A DNA stretch of 64,000 nt from positions 5,529,757 to 5,593,756 of the forward strand of contig MU054187.1 of the NCBI GenBank assembly GCA_013239625.1, in the 5' to 3' direction. Shown here in pieces: positions 41,160 to 52,050 of the stretch; the first letter of the stretch is position 1; the number at the start of each line of letters is the position of its first letter. The stretch comes from Lama guanicoe. Its lineage: Eukaryota. The notes under the pieces are model-generated. The model saw only the letters and a list, made by a program, of their open reading frames with translations, made no database searches and had not been told where the DNA came from. The position numbers were made by a program, and so were the translations under genes.

Positions 41160-41345
41160 AGTCCAGGTTTCTCCAAGCGCGGTTTGAAGAAGAGCAGCAG
41201 CAGCAGAATCAGCTGGGTGTTTGCTGAAACACACACTCCGGGGCCTCATCCAGATCTCCTCAATGAGAATCGGAGGTGGGATGGGGGCTGTAGCTTTAAA
41301 AAGCCACCAGGGGATTCTTCTGAATTTTGTTTGTGAATAATTGCA
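41160..41345. mobile_element. MER5-like MITE
   Basis: 'gtttctccaagcgcggt...cagcagaatcagctgg...gggcctcatccagatct...aaaagccaccagggattct'. Confidence 0.6.
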
Positions 41346-41494
41346 CTAAAGTGGTGTGTGCAAACCTTGTCTGATCATAACTCAACTGGAGGGCCTCTCA
41401 AAAATGCAGAATTACACAACTGCATAGAACCACGCGTGTGCACACACACGCGCACACACACAAATGAATGCAGGTTTTAAAATGGTGAAAACTG

Positions 41495-41674
41495 TGGGGA
41501 GGGTATAGCCCAGTGGTAGAGCACATGCTTAGCATGCATGAGGTCCTGGGTTCAATCCCCAGTGCCTCCACTTAAAAAAATTATAATAAAATAAACAAAT
41601 AAACCTAATTACCTCCTCCCTAAAATAATTTCAAAATAAAGAAGATTTAAAATGTTTTTAAAAAGCTTAAAAAG
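41495..41674 (+). mobile_element. tRNA-derived SINE (camelid Vic-1-like) inserted in an old L1 3' end
   Basis: A box 'tagcccagtgg', B box 'ggttcaatccc' and an A-rich tail. Perfect 13-bp TSD atggtgaaaactg (41482-41494 and 41675-41687). Confidence 0.9.
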
Positions 41675-44600
41675 ATGGTGAAAACTGAATACCGTCTGTA
41701 GTCTAGTTAATGTACCAATGTCAATTCTCTGGTTTTAATTTGTTCTATAGACACATAAGATGTCACTACAGATGAAAAGTACACAAAACTCCACGTACAA
41801 ATTCCCAGGCCCTCACGAAGTGATTCTGCTGTAGCAAATCGAGAGTAAATACAGGAAGTGTGTGTGTGTGTCTTTAAACAAGGACCTCGGTGATTCTTCA
41901 CACTGCATCAGATCTTGGTTTCACCCCCACTCCCACCCCGACATGTATCAACATTCTTACATCTCCTGTGAGGAGCTTTTAAAGTTCCCCGATTTTACAA
42001 CGTGGAAGCTTTATTTAAAATACTTCCTGAAATTTCACAAGCATTTACAGATAAAAAAGATTTGCAACAAAGATTTGTACCCTGTAACTAGGATAGACTT
42101 CAGATTCAGTCCATGGTTTGATGGATATACGGAGAAAATGTTGGGGGAAATACCGTGTAATCTCTAGGACAGTGAAAACCAACACAGTATCTTTTAAAAC
42201 AAAGTAATTTAAATGAAAACCACATAAACAGTGTATATCTCTTCACCATTGGAATACTTTGGGTTAAAAGAACATTTGTTCAGAGTCCAAATGGGACAAC
42301 TTAGAGTAAAAAAGGAGAAAACAGTACAGTTTTAATTAGGGAATGAGACAGTGAAATAATACTGAGAATTTTTGTCATAAATCATAAATTGTCTAGGGCA
42401 AACACAAATCCAGGAGAACAGTCCAACACAAAATCACTAGGAAAATTAATGAAATTGGAGCTCCTGTGTGAGGTTCTCTACTCCTGTTATACTTTTCCTT
42501 CATCCCACATCTAACATTTTATTAATTGCAAATTCCATTCACAAAGTACAGAGCACTTTGGATCTGTGGATTATTAGGCAATGATCAAAGGAAGCAAAAT
42601 ATAGCCATGAAGACCGATCAGTCTCCACTGTGAAAAGTCAGGGGCGACCTACTTCAGATCAGCATGTTAGCATTCTGCCGCTTGTCGCTCCGAACTGCAG
42701 TTTAAGTTAGCTGAGTAAGAGGCATAATTCCCTGAGACCACTGCTGCTGCCAGAAACAGGGGTTACAGCAAGAGGACCGCCTGCAGCCGTGTGATTGCTG
42801 CAAGGCCAGACTCCCCGGGATCAGCCCCCCATCCGTCAGGTACACCTATGAATGCAAGTTGTCATTTTCATTAGTATTAAGAATTTGGACCTTTTTTCCA
42901 ATGATGTATGTTTGCGTCTAGATCTTCCAGGAGTATTACATGCAGGTGGTACTTTCCGTGGGTGGTCTCTGCACCCCCTACAATGTGTGGCCTCTTGAAG
43001 CTTTTACGTTTCTGTAATCCATCATCTCACACCAGAGACCCACCCCTTACGCACGCTTCTTACAGCTAGACTAACATGGAATCTACAGCTCTCATGAGAC
43101 AGTAAGACACACACAGTGGTTTCTGACATTCATGTATCATCTCTCCTACTACACCGCATGCTCCTGGAGGGAAAATTTTTATTCGTTCCTACCTCACAAC
43201 ACCTGGAACACGGCAGATAAATGAATGCTGATTAGTTGAATATATTTCTGCTTATTATTGGCTTCTGGTTCCGATTCTAGTACCAACCAGTAACTATCAC
43301 CACTACTAACAATAGTATGGGTAGTGTGGTTTTATTTTTTCTAAAGCATTTTTTGGTAACTACTTTAACTTTTCAATCACTTCTGTTATATATGTGCACA
43401 CGGTATATACATTTTTATTATGCATACATATTTATATATGTTATATACATGTATATACAATATACAATCTCTGGTATTAAATGGGCATTCTTTTATGACC
43501 AGCTTCTAGTATGCTCCCTTGCACAAGGAGGCAGTCAAAAAACATTTTTTATTTAAATAGTTAGTTTAAATGACAATAACAAGAACCAAAAGGTAGATGA
43601 AAGTTTTTACATACACAGAACTCAGTCAGGTTTGAATTTCCAGGTATTTTCCAAAAATGAAGGAGTGACATGTTCTTTTTGGGACTGGCTGTATTTCTCC
43701 AACTTCTCATGATATCAATGCATTCAGGTGGTAATATTGAAAATTCTCATGTATATGAATAATAAGCCATTATTCATTTATTTTTCTTTCCAACCACTTC
43801 ACACCCTAAGGTGTTCAGATGCCTTCACAGATTCAAAGTAAACAAATTTTATCAATGATAAAACTTTCATATAAAACTATATTCTTGATGATATTGACTT
43901 CAGTTTTAATGCTAATAATTTCTGTCAATGAAAGTAACTATTTCTTTGGTGTAATCAAACTTCTGTTACAATTTTATTACCTTTGGCAATTATGTCTGCC
44001 AGTTTCCAAAGTTATGCTTGCCAATGAGATATTTCAAAAATATCTTGTCTAAATATGAGCTCTATTGCAGAATAATTTCACAGACTGATTTCATTAAATA
44101 CAGCATTTCTGGTAACTTGGAGAGATGATCCAATTGACGGGGTAAGTGGAAATTTTTCTTTCTATTTCAAATTTTAAATTCTGCTGTTCATCTGCATTTT
44201 CACTCAGTTACTCATTCATGTATGACTGAGCTTTTATCATGTGTACAACCTTGTGCCATGTTTATACTGCAAGATATATATATATTAAAAAGTAAAATAT
44301 ACTCATTGTCCTTACGGAATTTACAATTTAGAATAGAAAAGAGACAACCAGAAATACAATAGTACAATATATATACACATCATGGGTTGTTATATTGGTA
44401 ACAGCCTTCATCTTAGTAACTGGCAAAGTCCAGATTCAAAACCAGGAAATCTGCCTGATTCAGACACTTTACTATACTGGGGGTAGTAATGACTTTATTT
44501 CAATTCTGTGTGTGGCAGAATTATGGTGTTATTAACAGAAACAGGGATCCCAGAAGGAAAAAAGTAATTTTGAAAGTAAAAAGAAATTGGCTTTGAGTAT

Positions 44601-44944
44601 ACAGTATTTATTCTGAAGTATTGGCCAGATAGCAATCTAGACACATATTGTAGGCATTTGTAGGGCTAATGAGTCGAGTAAGTAAGAGCTGGAGATGCAG
44701 CCTTCAAAAGAGGACCAAATCCAGTAATATGATTTGCCAAGACAGCAAATCGTTCTAGTGTCCCCTGGAAATGTGCACCCTTCTCCAATTGTTGGGGTTT
44801 TTTTTCATGTTGTAAAAAGTATACAGTTGATGTCATGAGAATGGTTGAATTATCAATGAAGAAACGACCGAAATGAAAATAAGAATTAATCAAACACAAC
44901 TGTGAGTTATGCATGCTTAGTGAAAAAACAGTAAGACAGTGCTT

Positions 44945-45278
44945 GAAGGGACTGCCAAGATGGCGGAGCAAAAGGACGCGGTGCTCAGCCTCTCCCACAA
45001 ATGCATCAAAAACTACATGGACATAGGGAACAGTTCTCGCAGAATACCTACTGAGTTTTGGCAGAATATCCCTTACAATTGAAACTGCAAGGAAAATCCT
45101 CACAAAACCAGATAAACAGCACGTTTACACTGTATAGCACAGGGAACTGTGGTCAGTATATTGTAGTAATGTATAATAAAAAGAATATGAAAAATACATA
45201 TGTATAAGCATGGCTGAAACATCATGCTGTATGTCAGAAGTTGACACATTAACTGACTATACTTCAATACAGAAAAAA
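44945..45278 (+). mobile_element. Mini-L1: L1 5' UTR start fused to L1 3' UTR end in a single insertion
   Basis: Starts 'gaagggactgccaagatggcggagcaaaaggacgcg' (L1 5' end with YY1 motif), switches at 45111/45112 to 'ataaacagcacgtttacactgtatagcacagggaac' (L1 3' end), and ends in an A tail. 12-bp TSD aagacagtgctt (44933-44944 and 45279-45290). Confidence 0.85.
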
Positions 45279-45470
45279 AAGACAGTGCTTATTTTAAAAA
45301 TGCTGAAAACCCATAGCGACATGGTTGTAAATTTTCATTGACCATTATAATAATCAATTAAAATGAATAAAATTGTCCCTCCAATTTATAGTCACTAAGA
45401 AAAAATTAAAGAATGATTATTGAGGTTCCCCCAAACTACACCAACTCTTCGATTTAAAAAAAGATATTGC

Positions 45471-45641
45471 ACAGGGAAATATATACAAGATCTTGTGGTA
45501 GCTAACAGCGAAAAAAAAAATGTGACAATGAATGTATGTATGTGCATGTATAACTGAAAAATTGTGCTCTACACTGGAATTTGACACAACATTGTAAAAT
45601 GACTATAACTCAATAAAAAAAAGTTAAAAAAATAAAAATTA
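45471..45641 (+). mobile_element. Young lineage-specific L1, extreme 5' truncation
   Basis: Near-identical to 49755-49900. TSD aaaaaaagatattgc (45456-45470) and aaaaaaatatattgc (45642-45656). Confidence 0.9.
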
Positions 45642-47289
45642 AAAAAAATATATTGCTAAGACAAACCCTGCCATTCATTTTTCTCATATCTGTCTTGAGC
45701 AGTGAGGTTTCTTTCAGACTAATACAAGTCTCTTTGCTTAGTGTGTTTCACTCTCCACCCCATCCCCAGTTGATTTAATCTAGTGAAGTAAGCAAAATCT
45801 AGCAGTGGGAAGTAGACCAAAGAGATGACTAAACTCATTCTCTACTTGAAGTATGTGATGTATAGAAACTACAATTTAGACTCCTCCAAAATGCAACGTG
45901 GCAAAGCTTAAAGAAAGTTCTTATTCAGTAGCATTAGACAAATCATTCTCTCTAGTTTCTCCCAAAACCATCAAAACGAACATCAACCTCTTGAATAGGA
46001 GGAAATCTGTGTTCTGAAGGAAAAAAAAAAAGAGTAATTAACTTGTCTGAGAGGATCTCAGATGGAACTGTTGGGGATTTCAGGCCCTACTTTCTGACAG
46101 GGAAAAATCTGCATTGAAAATAACTTTGTGGAAATTGTGGAAGGAATCAAAGTCTCCAATTGCTTCAAGAAGATAAGGAAATAAATATTTTATGCTGTAT
46201 TAGCAGTGATGTAGATGGCAGGGTGGAAAACACATACAATTAGGTGGCCTCCGGTAGTAAATTTGGGTAAGACCGTCCTACTCGCTGTCTGGGCCACCTT
46301 AAGTAGGCAGGTCACTTCCGCCAAGTCTCAACATCACCATCTGGAAAGTGAGGACAATTGATTTGATGATCGTAAAACCCTCTTTGAATTCTATCCAATA
46401 TTTCATTACAAATACGAATTTTCAAGGAGCATTTTACTCAGTTCCTAGAGAACTAATGAAGAGGGATTGAGCTGAAGAACTCTCCATGATATTGGGTAAA
46501 GCTCAGAAAGGTTGAAGAAAATTAATTGCCTTTGATTGTTTTCCCAATAAAAAAAGAAAGCCTTTACAGCTTTGAGGCTTCTTTTTCCATGCAATACAAT
46601 TTGGAAGCCACAAAGGATCACAGCCAGTAATCTTCAAAGAGTTGAAAGCTTGAGTGATGACCTCTCTCTGAGGCTTTTACAGCATGGAGTTTGTGGAAAC
46701 GATTCTATTCCTTTGAAGGCGAACTCTTTTTCACAAAAACACCGTAGTAGAGTTGCAACTGGCTGCTAGAAAACTGCACAGGACTTGAAGATACACTTCT
46801 TTTCCATTGGGTCCCACTCATAAATTATTCCAGACTGTCAGTGGGATATCCAGCTGGTTAGTGCCTGGTGGGGCAATAACCAATGTTTCACCAAACCTAA
46901 GAAACACATAAAAATTGCTCCCTTCTGATGCTACTTTTCCATGTGGGGAATGGAAACTAAAGAGGGAAATTCATCAGATTCCCACTAAAGGGAGCTCGGA
47001 CTGTGTTGGGGTAAACGGCATTGTCTCAGGTAAAGTTTCAATCCAGTGGCTTTTAAAGAGCTGATGAAAGCTGGTGAACTTGAGCAGACTATCCATCAGA
47101 ACAGGGAGGCCAAAACAGTCATATTTCTTGGCAATTTACAATAGGCCAGTCATTCTGTTTGGAAGTCAACATGCATCTGCTCATTAATCTTTAAATGTTT
47201 CTTTAAAAAAAAAAAAAAACAACAAGAAGAACTAACACTAGCTCCTATTCTGTAGACTAAAACCAAAAATCAAAAACCAAAAACAAAGC

Positions 47290-47430
47290 AAAACCCCAAG
47301 ATCTGAGACTTACAGAAGTTAAATAACTTGCAGAAGTCCATCCCTTGGTAGACAGCCATAAGGGACAGGGGTTTGAGCCTGGGGCTGTCTGAATGCAAAG
47401 CACTTCTTTGTAACTCACATACTTTACTAC
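47290..47430 (-). mobile_element. MIR SINE
   Basis: 'ctgagacttacagaagttaaataacttgc...gggtttgagcctggggctgtctgaatgcaaagc'. Confidence 0.7.
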
Positions 47431-49137
47431 TATAATACAACATAAAACATTCACTTCCTTATCTTTCTAAATAAGTTAGAGAGTTTGATTCTGTCCACTA
47501 TTTTCACGAAATTTCTTTTTCAATGCAGATTTTTCCTGACAGAAGTTAAGGCCTCACATCGCCAACAGTTCAGCCTGAGATCCTTCAAAGAAGAGTCAGA
47601 CATCTTGTTGTTCTTCAAAACACTGATTTCACGGTTTCCTCCCATTTTAAACAATTAAGATACATTTCAGTTGCCATTAGGGACTCTGGAGAGAGTTATT
47701 TGTCCAAGGCTTCCAAGTAAGGACATTTGATTGAGAACAGGGTAGGAGTCAGGAAGACGACAGGGAAGGTTGTGGGAGGATGGAGAAGGGTGGGGGCAGA
47801 GGGCAGAAAGGAGGTGGGCTGCAGTGCTGGGCTGTGTTAGGACAGTCTAGTGACCCACCCCCACACCCACCCCCACCCAGGCACTGGGCACAGAGCTTAG
47901 AGCCACAGTCAGAGCCCCTGGGAGCTGGAGCCTTGGCATCAGTGACTGGTGACCAGACCACTGGCATGGCAGAGGGAAATACGGATCCTTTAAGCTGTGT
48001 GTGAATATCTTGGCATCACTCAAGCGGGAGTTTATGTGTGAATTGAAGAAGACAGGGTTAGGGGACAGTCTCACGAAGAGGGAGGGTTTCAGGGCTGACG
48101 ACCCAGCTCATAAGAATCAGGCCTTAGATTTCTTGTTTTAGGATCACTTTTCACCCAGATTTTTCCGCTGGAACAGGGAAGTCTTGAGGAAATACAGATA
48201 ATTTGCAGTTTTAGACTTGTGTTTTGGGGGATTCGTGAGACAATCACTTTTAGGGCAGGGGCCCACCCCAATGAGCCTTTCCTTCTTTTATCACCTGGTC
48301 ATTCTCTAAATTAGTTGAAGTCTGCAAGCCTCAGACATAAAGTCAGATGACGCAACTCAGTTGGTGTAAAGGTAAATGTAGGCGTGTGACCTGCTTTAAA
48401 CTGCATGCTTCAGAAAGACTGGTGACTCATTGGAAACAGAGCATCGTGGGCCTGAGTGGCTGATCGCCCTCCACTAGTGTTCTCTAAATCATCGGTCCCA
48501 CGGGAAGGATAGTCTGGCCATCTCTTCAGGGTAGCTTGAGGCACTGGGCACGCGCCCCGTCCACGCTCCTCTCCTCACACGTGTAGATCCAGGCACAGAA
48601 GTGCCCTCTCACCTCCTCCAAGAGAATGAGGACGGATCGTTTCCTTCGGGGAACTATTGTTTGCCCAAACTGCTCCTGGAATGTTGGGGAAGTGAAGTCC
48701 TTATAAGCGCCTTGGATTGGTGACTCCCCCGCTTCTTCCCTTGCTCTTAGGAAGACAGGAGTTGACTCCAGGCTGGGATTTTATTCCACTGATACTACAC
48801 ATGTTTGTCATCTTGGTGCAAAGGCCACTCACTTAGAGAGAAAGGAACCTTCTCTTCATTCCATTTCTAGAACTCGAAATTTAGTGTTTAATCTGCACAG
48901 CCCAAGAGATGACACATAGGAAATGTCCTGCACAGTAACCTGAAGTTATTACAATGTTTTTATTTGTATATATAGTTTGTTACATTATTGATTATTAATT
49001 ACTATGTTATTATAAGATGTGTACATAAACACATACACTCTGTAGGTCAAGTATTACATAACTTTGTTACAAGAACCGTAAGTCTGTGTGGGAACTGAAA
49101 GAAGATAAGAGTTAGGGAACAACATTATGAAACTCTA

Positions 49138-49913
49138 CACCAGTCAGAATGGCCATCATTCAAAAGTCCACAAATGACAAATGCTGGAGAGGATGTGGAG
49201 AAAGGGGAACCCTCCTACAGTGCTGGTGGGAGTGCAGCTTGGTGCAGCCACTGTGGAAAACAGTATGGAGATTCCTCAGAAGACTAGGAATAGACTTACC
49301 ATATGACCCAGGAATCCCACTCCTGGGCATATATCCAGAAGGAACCCTACTTCAGGATGACACGTGCACCCCAATGTTCATAGCAGCATTATTTACAATA
49401 GCCAAGACATGGAAAGAGCCTAAATGTCCATCAACAGATGACTGGATAAAGAAGATGTGCTATATTTATACAATGGAATACTATTCAGCCATAAAAACTG
49501 ACAACATAACACCATTTGCAGCAACATGGATGCTACTGGAGAATGTCATTCTAAGTGAAGTAAACCAGAAAGAGAAAGAAAAATACCGTATGAGATCACT
49601 CATATGTGGAATCTAAAAAAAAAAAAAAACAAACAGAAATAAACTCATAGACATAGAATACAAACTTGTTGTTGCCAAGGGGGCAGAGGGTGGGAAGAGA
49701 TAGACTGGGATTTCAAAATTGTAGAATAGATAAACAAGATTATACTATATAGCACAGGGAAATATATACAAGATCTTATGGTAGCTCACAGAGGAAAAAA
49801 ATGTGACAATGAATATATATATGTTCATGTATAACTGAAAAATTGTGCTCTACACTGGAATTTGACACAACATTGTAAAATGATTATAAATCAATAAAAA
49901 ATGTTTTTAAAAA
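49138..49913 (+). mobile_element. Young 5'-truncated L1 with uninterrupted ORF2 C-terminus
   Basis: ORF 49149-49616 is the L1 ORF2p C-terminus ([18 protein letters not shown]...PMFIAALFTIAKTWK...YIYTMEYYSAIK), followed by the 3' UTR and tail. Perfect 14-bp TSD attatgaaactcta (49124-49137 and 49914-49927). Confidence 0.97.
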
Positions 49914-50320
49914 ATTATGAAACTCTAATGGGACTGAGAGAAAAGCAGAAAAGCTAGGGCACAAGGCAATTCCAGCACATTCTCCCTACCAGATACCCCG
50001 AGAGATGTGGGTTAGAAAGTTACCACGAGAATGCAGTCTGTCCTCAGCTAGGGACCTGAGAATCTGGTTGAAGTATCACTCTTACGACTGCTACACTGAA
50101 CACTAAATACAACAATTAAGGACATCGTGTTACTTCAGTGCAGTTTTTGTACTATCACCAGTAAGTTCACCTCTTTGGAGCCCCCGTAACTTGCTTCTTT
50201 GGCAAGTTTTATCTGCAATTTCATTCTCATCACCCCAAGATCTGCCAGAAATTTCTTAAAGCTTCTGAGATGTATGACAGCCTAAGGATGTACGAAGACG
50301 GGCTTCTTGATAAGGGACAA

Positions 50321-50467
50321 GGGAGGCTGTAGCTCAGTGGTAGAGCATGTGCTTAGCATGCATGAGGTCCTGGGTTCAGTCTCCATTTAATAAATATATG
50401 AATAAATCTAATTACCTCCCCCAACCCCCCACCCCAAAAAACAATTAAAACAAATACTCGCAACAAA
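50321..50467 (+). mobile_element. tRNA-derived SINE (camelid Vic-1-like)
   Basis: 'gggaggctgtagctcagtggtagagcatgtgcttagcatgcatgaggtcctgggttc'. TSD ttgataagggacaa (50307-50320) and ttgataggggacaa (50468-50481). Confidence 0.88.
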
Positions 50468-51044
50468 TTGATAGGGGACAAATGCTCCAGATCTTTTGAG
50501 GGGTCCTGTTCATTTTGATTGTTGCATCGAGCTCCAGTGGCTAAAAAAAGAAAGAAAGAAAGGGTTAAAGTCCATTTTTTCCCTGCTAAACCATTTTTTC
50601 TTCTCTGTTCAGCAGTGCAGCAAAAGTTAATTCATTCTAAAGCACATGGTTTTCCAGCAACATTGTCAATATTATAATGTTCCTTTGCAGCTCTGGCCCA
50701 GCCGGTTTATTAGATGAAGGGAAAATACAGATGGGCTGACAAGCAGGGCTGTACTTTGTTGTAGTGGAAAAAACTATCAAAGGGCTCTTCTTTGTTCCAA
50801 CGTATAGGCTTCTGCTCAAGTTCAGAAGTTAGTACTTTTATTATTTTTTTTGCCCACCTACTTTCTATTAGCTGAGCTGTTTATAGATCTTTAAAACAGG
50901 ATAGAGCATTTTTTTCCCCTTAAGACAAGCAAAAAGAAAACCCACCAATTATTCCTCTTCTGACCTCAGTAAAATCTCTTTAAAAGAAAAAAAGAAGAGT
51001 TCAACATGATTTCTTTAGAAAATGCCCTCCCACTGATACAGTTC

Positions 51045-51465
51045 CACGCAAGGCGAAGAAAATGTCCGCGTTTCCTGCACTAGGAAATGAAAGAGCCTGA
51101 CGGTTCCAGGATGACTGATGGGGAAACACCCAGAGGGCATGTGTTGGAGTCTCCGACGTCGGCACCCAGCCCGGCTCGGCCAGGGCCTCCCCCGGCAGAG
51201 GGCCTGCGGCGGGAACGCCGCCGGGGCCGAGCCCGGCAGCCCGGCAGCGGGGGGCAGCGAGAGCCGCCCAGCGCCGGCCGTGCTGGGCGCCTTCAGCCAC
51301 GCGCCCTGCCCTCGGTGTGCTTATCTTCCAGAACAGGCAAAGAGAAAGCAATCACAAGAGCGCCCGTTAGCTAGAACTCGCCGCGTGCTAAGCATCGTAC
51401 TAAGCAATTTCAGACAGAGTGATGACAGTGCGTGTGTGCCGGGACACCTGGAGCATCTCCCCGGG
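51045..51465. promoter_or_regulatory. Small CpG island (orphan promoter or enhancer candidate)
   Basis: Abrupt GC- and CpG-rich core at 51150-51320 (e.g. 'ggcctgcggcgggaacgccgccggggccgagcccggcagc') in an AT-rich background. It is not recognisable as a repeat. Confidence 0.7.
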
Positions 51466-51914
51466 TCCCTCCAAGTTTGTTCTTACAATAAAGACAAGGG
51501 GAAAAAAATGATTGGCTGGGCGAGATGTGCAGATCTGGGCTATGAAACAATGATTCTCAGAGTGAATTCAGCATGTCCATGGATTAAATCTTGATTTTGT
51601 CGTCACTGATTTACAAGAAGTGACCACAGTGCAGATGACGTGTTGTTGTCATTGTCAGCAGCTATCGTGCTTTCATAATCCCCAAAGAAGAAGCCAAGCA
51701 GCAATAATGGTGTCTTGGGACAATTCAAGAAATGGGGCTTCCTCAGGGCAAAGGGAAGTCAAAGTGGCCCCAGATCAGTAAAATGCATGTATTTTTTTGC
51801 TCTGTTTATGGCGAATTACAAGACAGATGTGCTTTCTGTTGTTGTGGCTTTGTTTTATTTTGCTTCACTTTTTTTTAAAGAAATGCTTTGGTTTTGACTT
51901 AGATCAAGTACTTG

Positions 51915-52050
51915 GGAGAGACAAGGTGCAGGACAAAGTGCGTGGGCTTCAGAGTCGGAGAGGTCCGGGGTGAAAATGCAGCTCTGCCATTTTTTACTTA
52001 TGTGACCTCGGGTAAGAGACTGAATCTCAGCTTTTCTCTTACTACTTACA
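51915..52050 (+). mobile_element. MIR SINE
   Basis: 'gtgcgtgggcttcagagtcggagaggtccgggg...gctctgccatt...tgtgacctcgggtaag'. Confidence 0.7.

Noticed and set aside
41496..41568. tRNA-like sequence with A and B boxes
   Set aside because: It has an A-rich tail and TSD, so it is a SINE rather than a tRNA gene. The same applies to 50321-50385.
43640..44100. AT-rich stretch suspected of being a DNA-transposase remnant
   Set aside because: I could not recover convincing transposase motifs by eye.
48463..48480. Possible CTCF motif (tcgccctccactagtg)
   Set aside because: Too many mismatches to the core compared with the site at 53788.
49149..49616. 155-aa ORF as a host gene
   Set aside because: It is the L1 ORF2p C-terminus inside a TSD-flanked insertion.
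51001..51594. Three overlapping ORFs of 95-158 aa
   Set aside because: They are Pro/Gly/Arg/Ala-rich products expected from stop-poor CpG-island DNA, with no recognisable domain.
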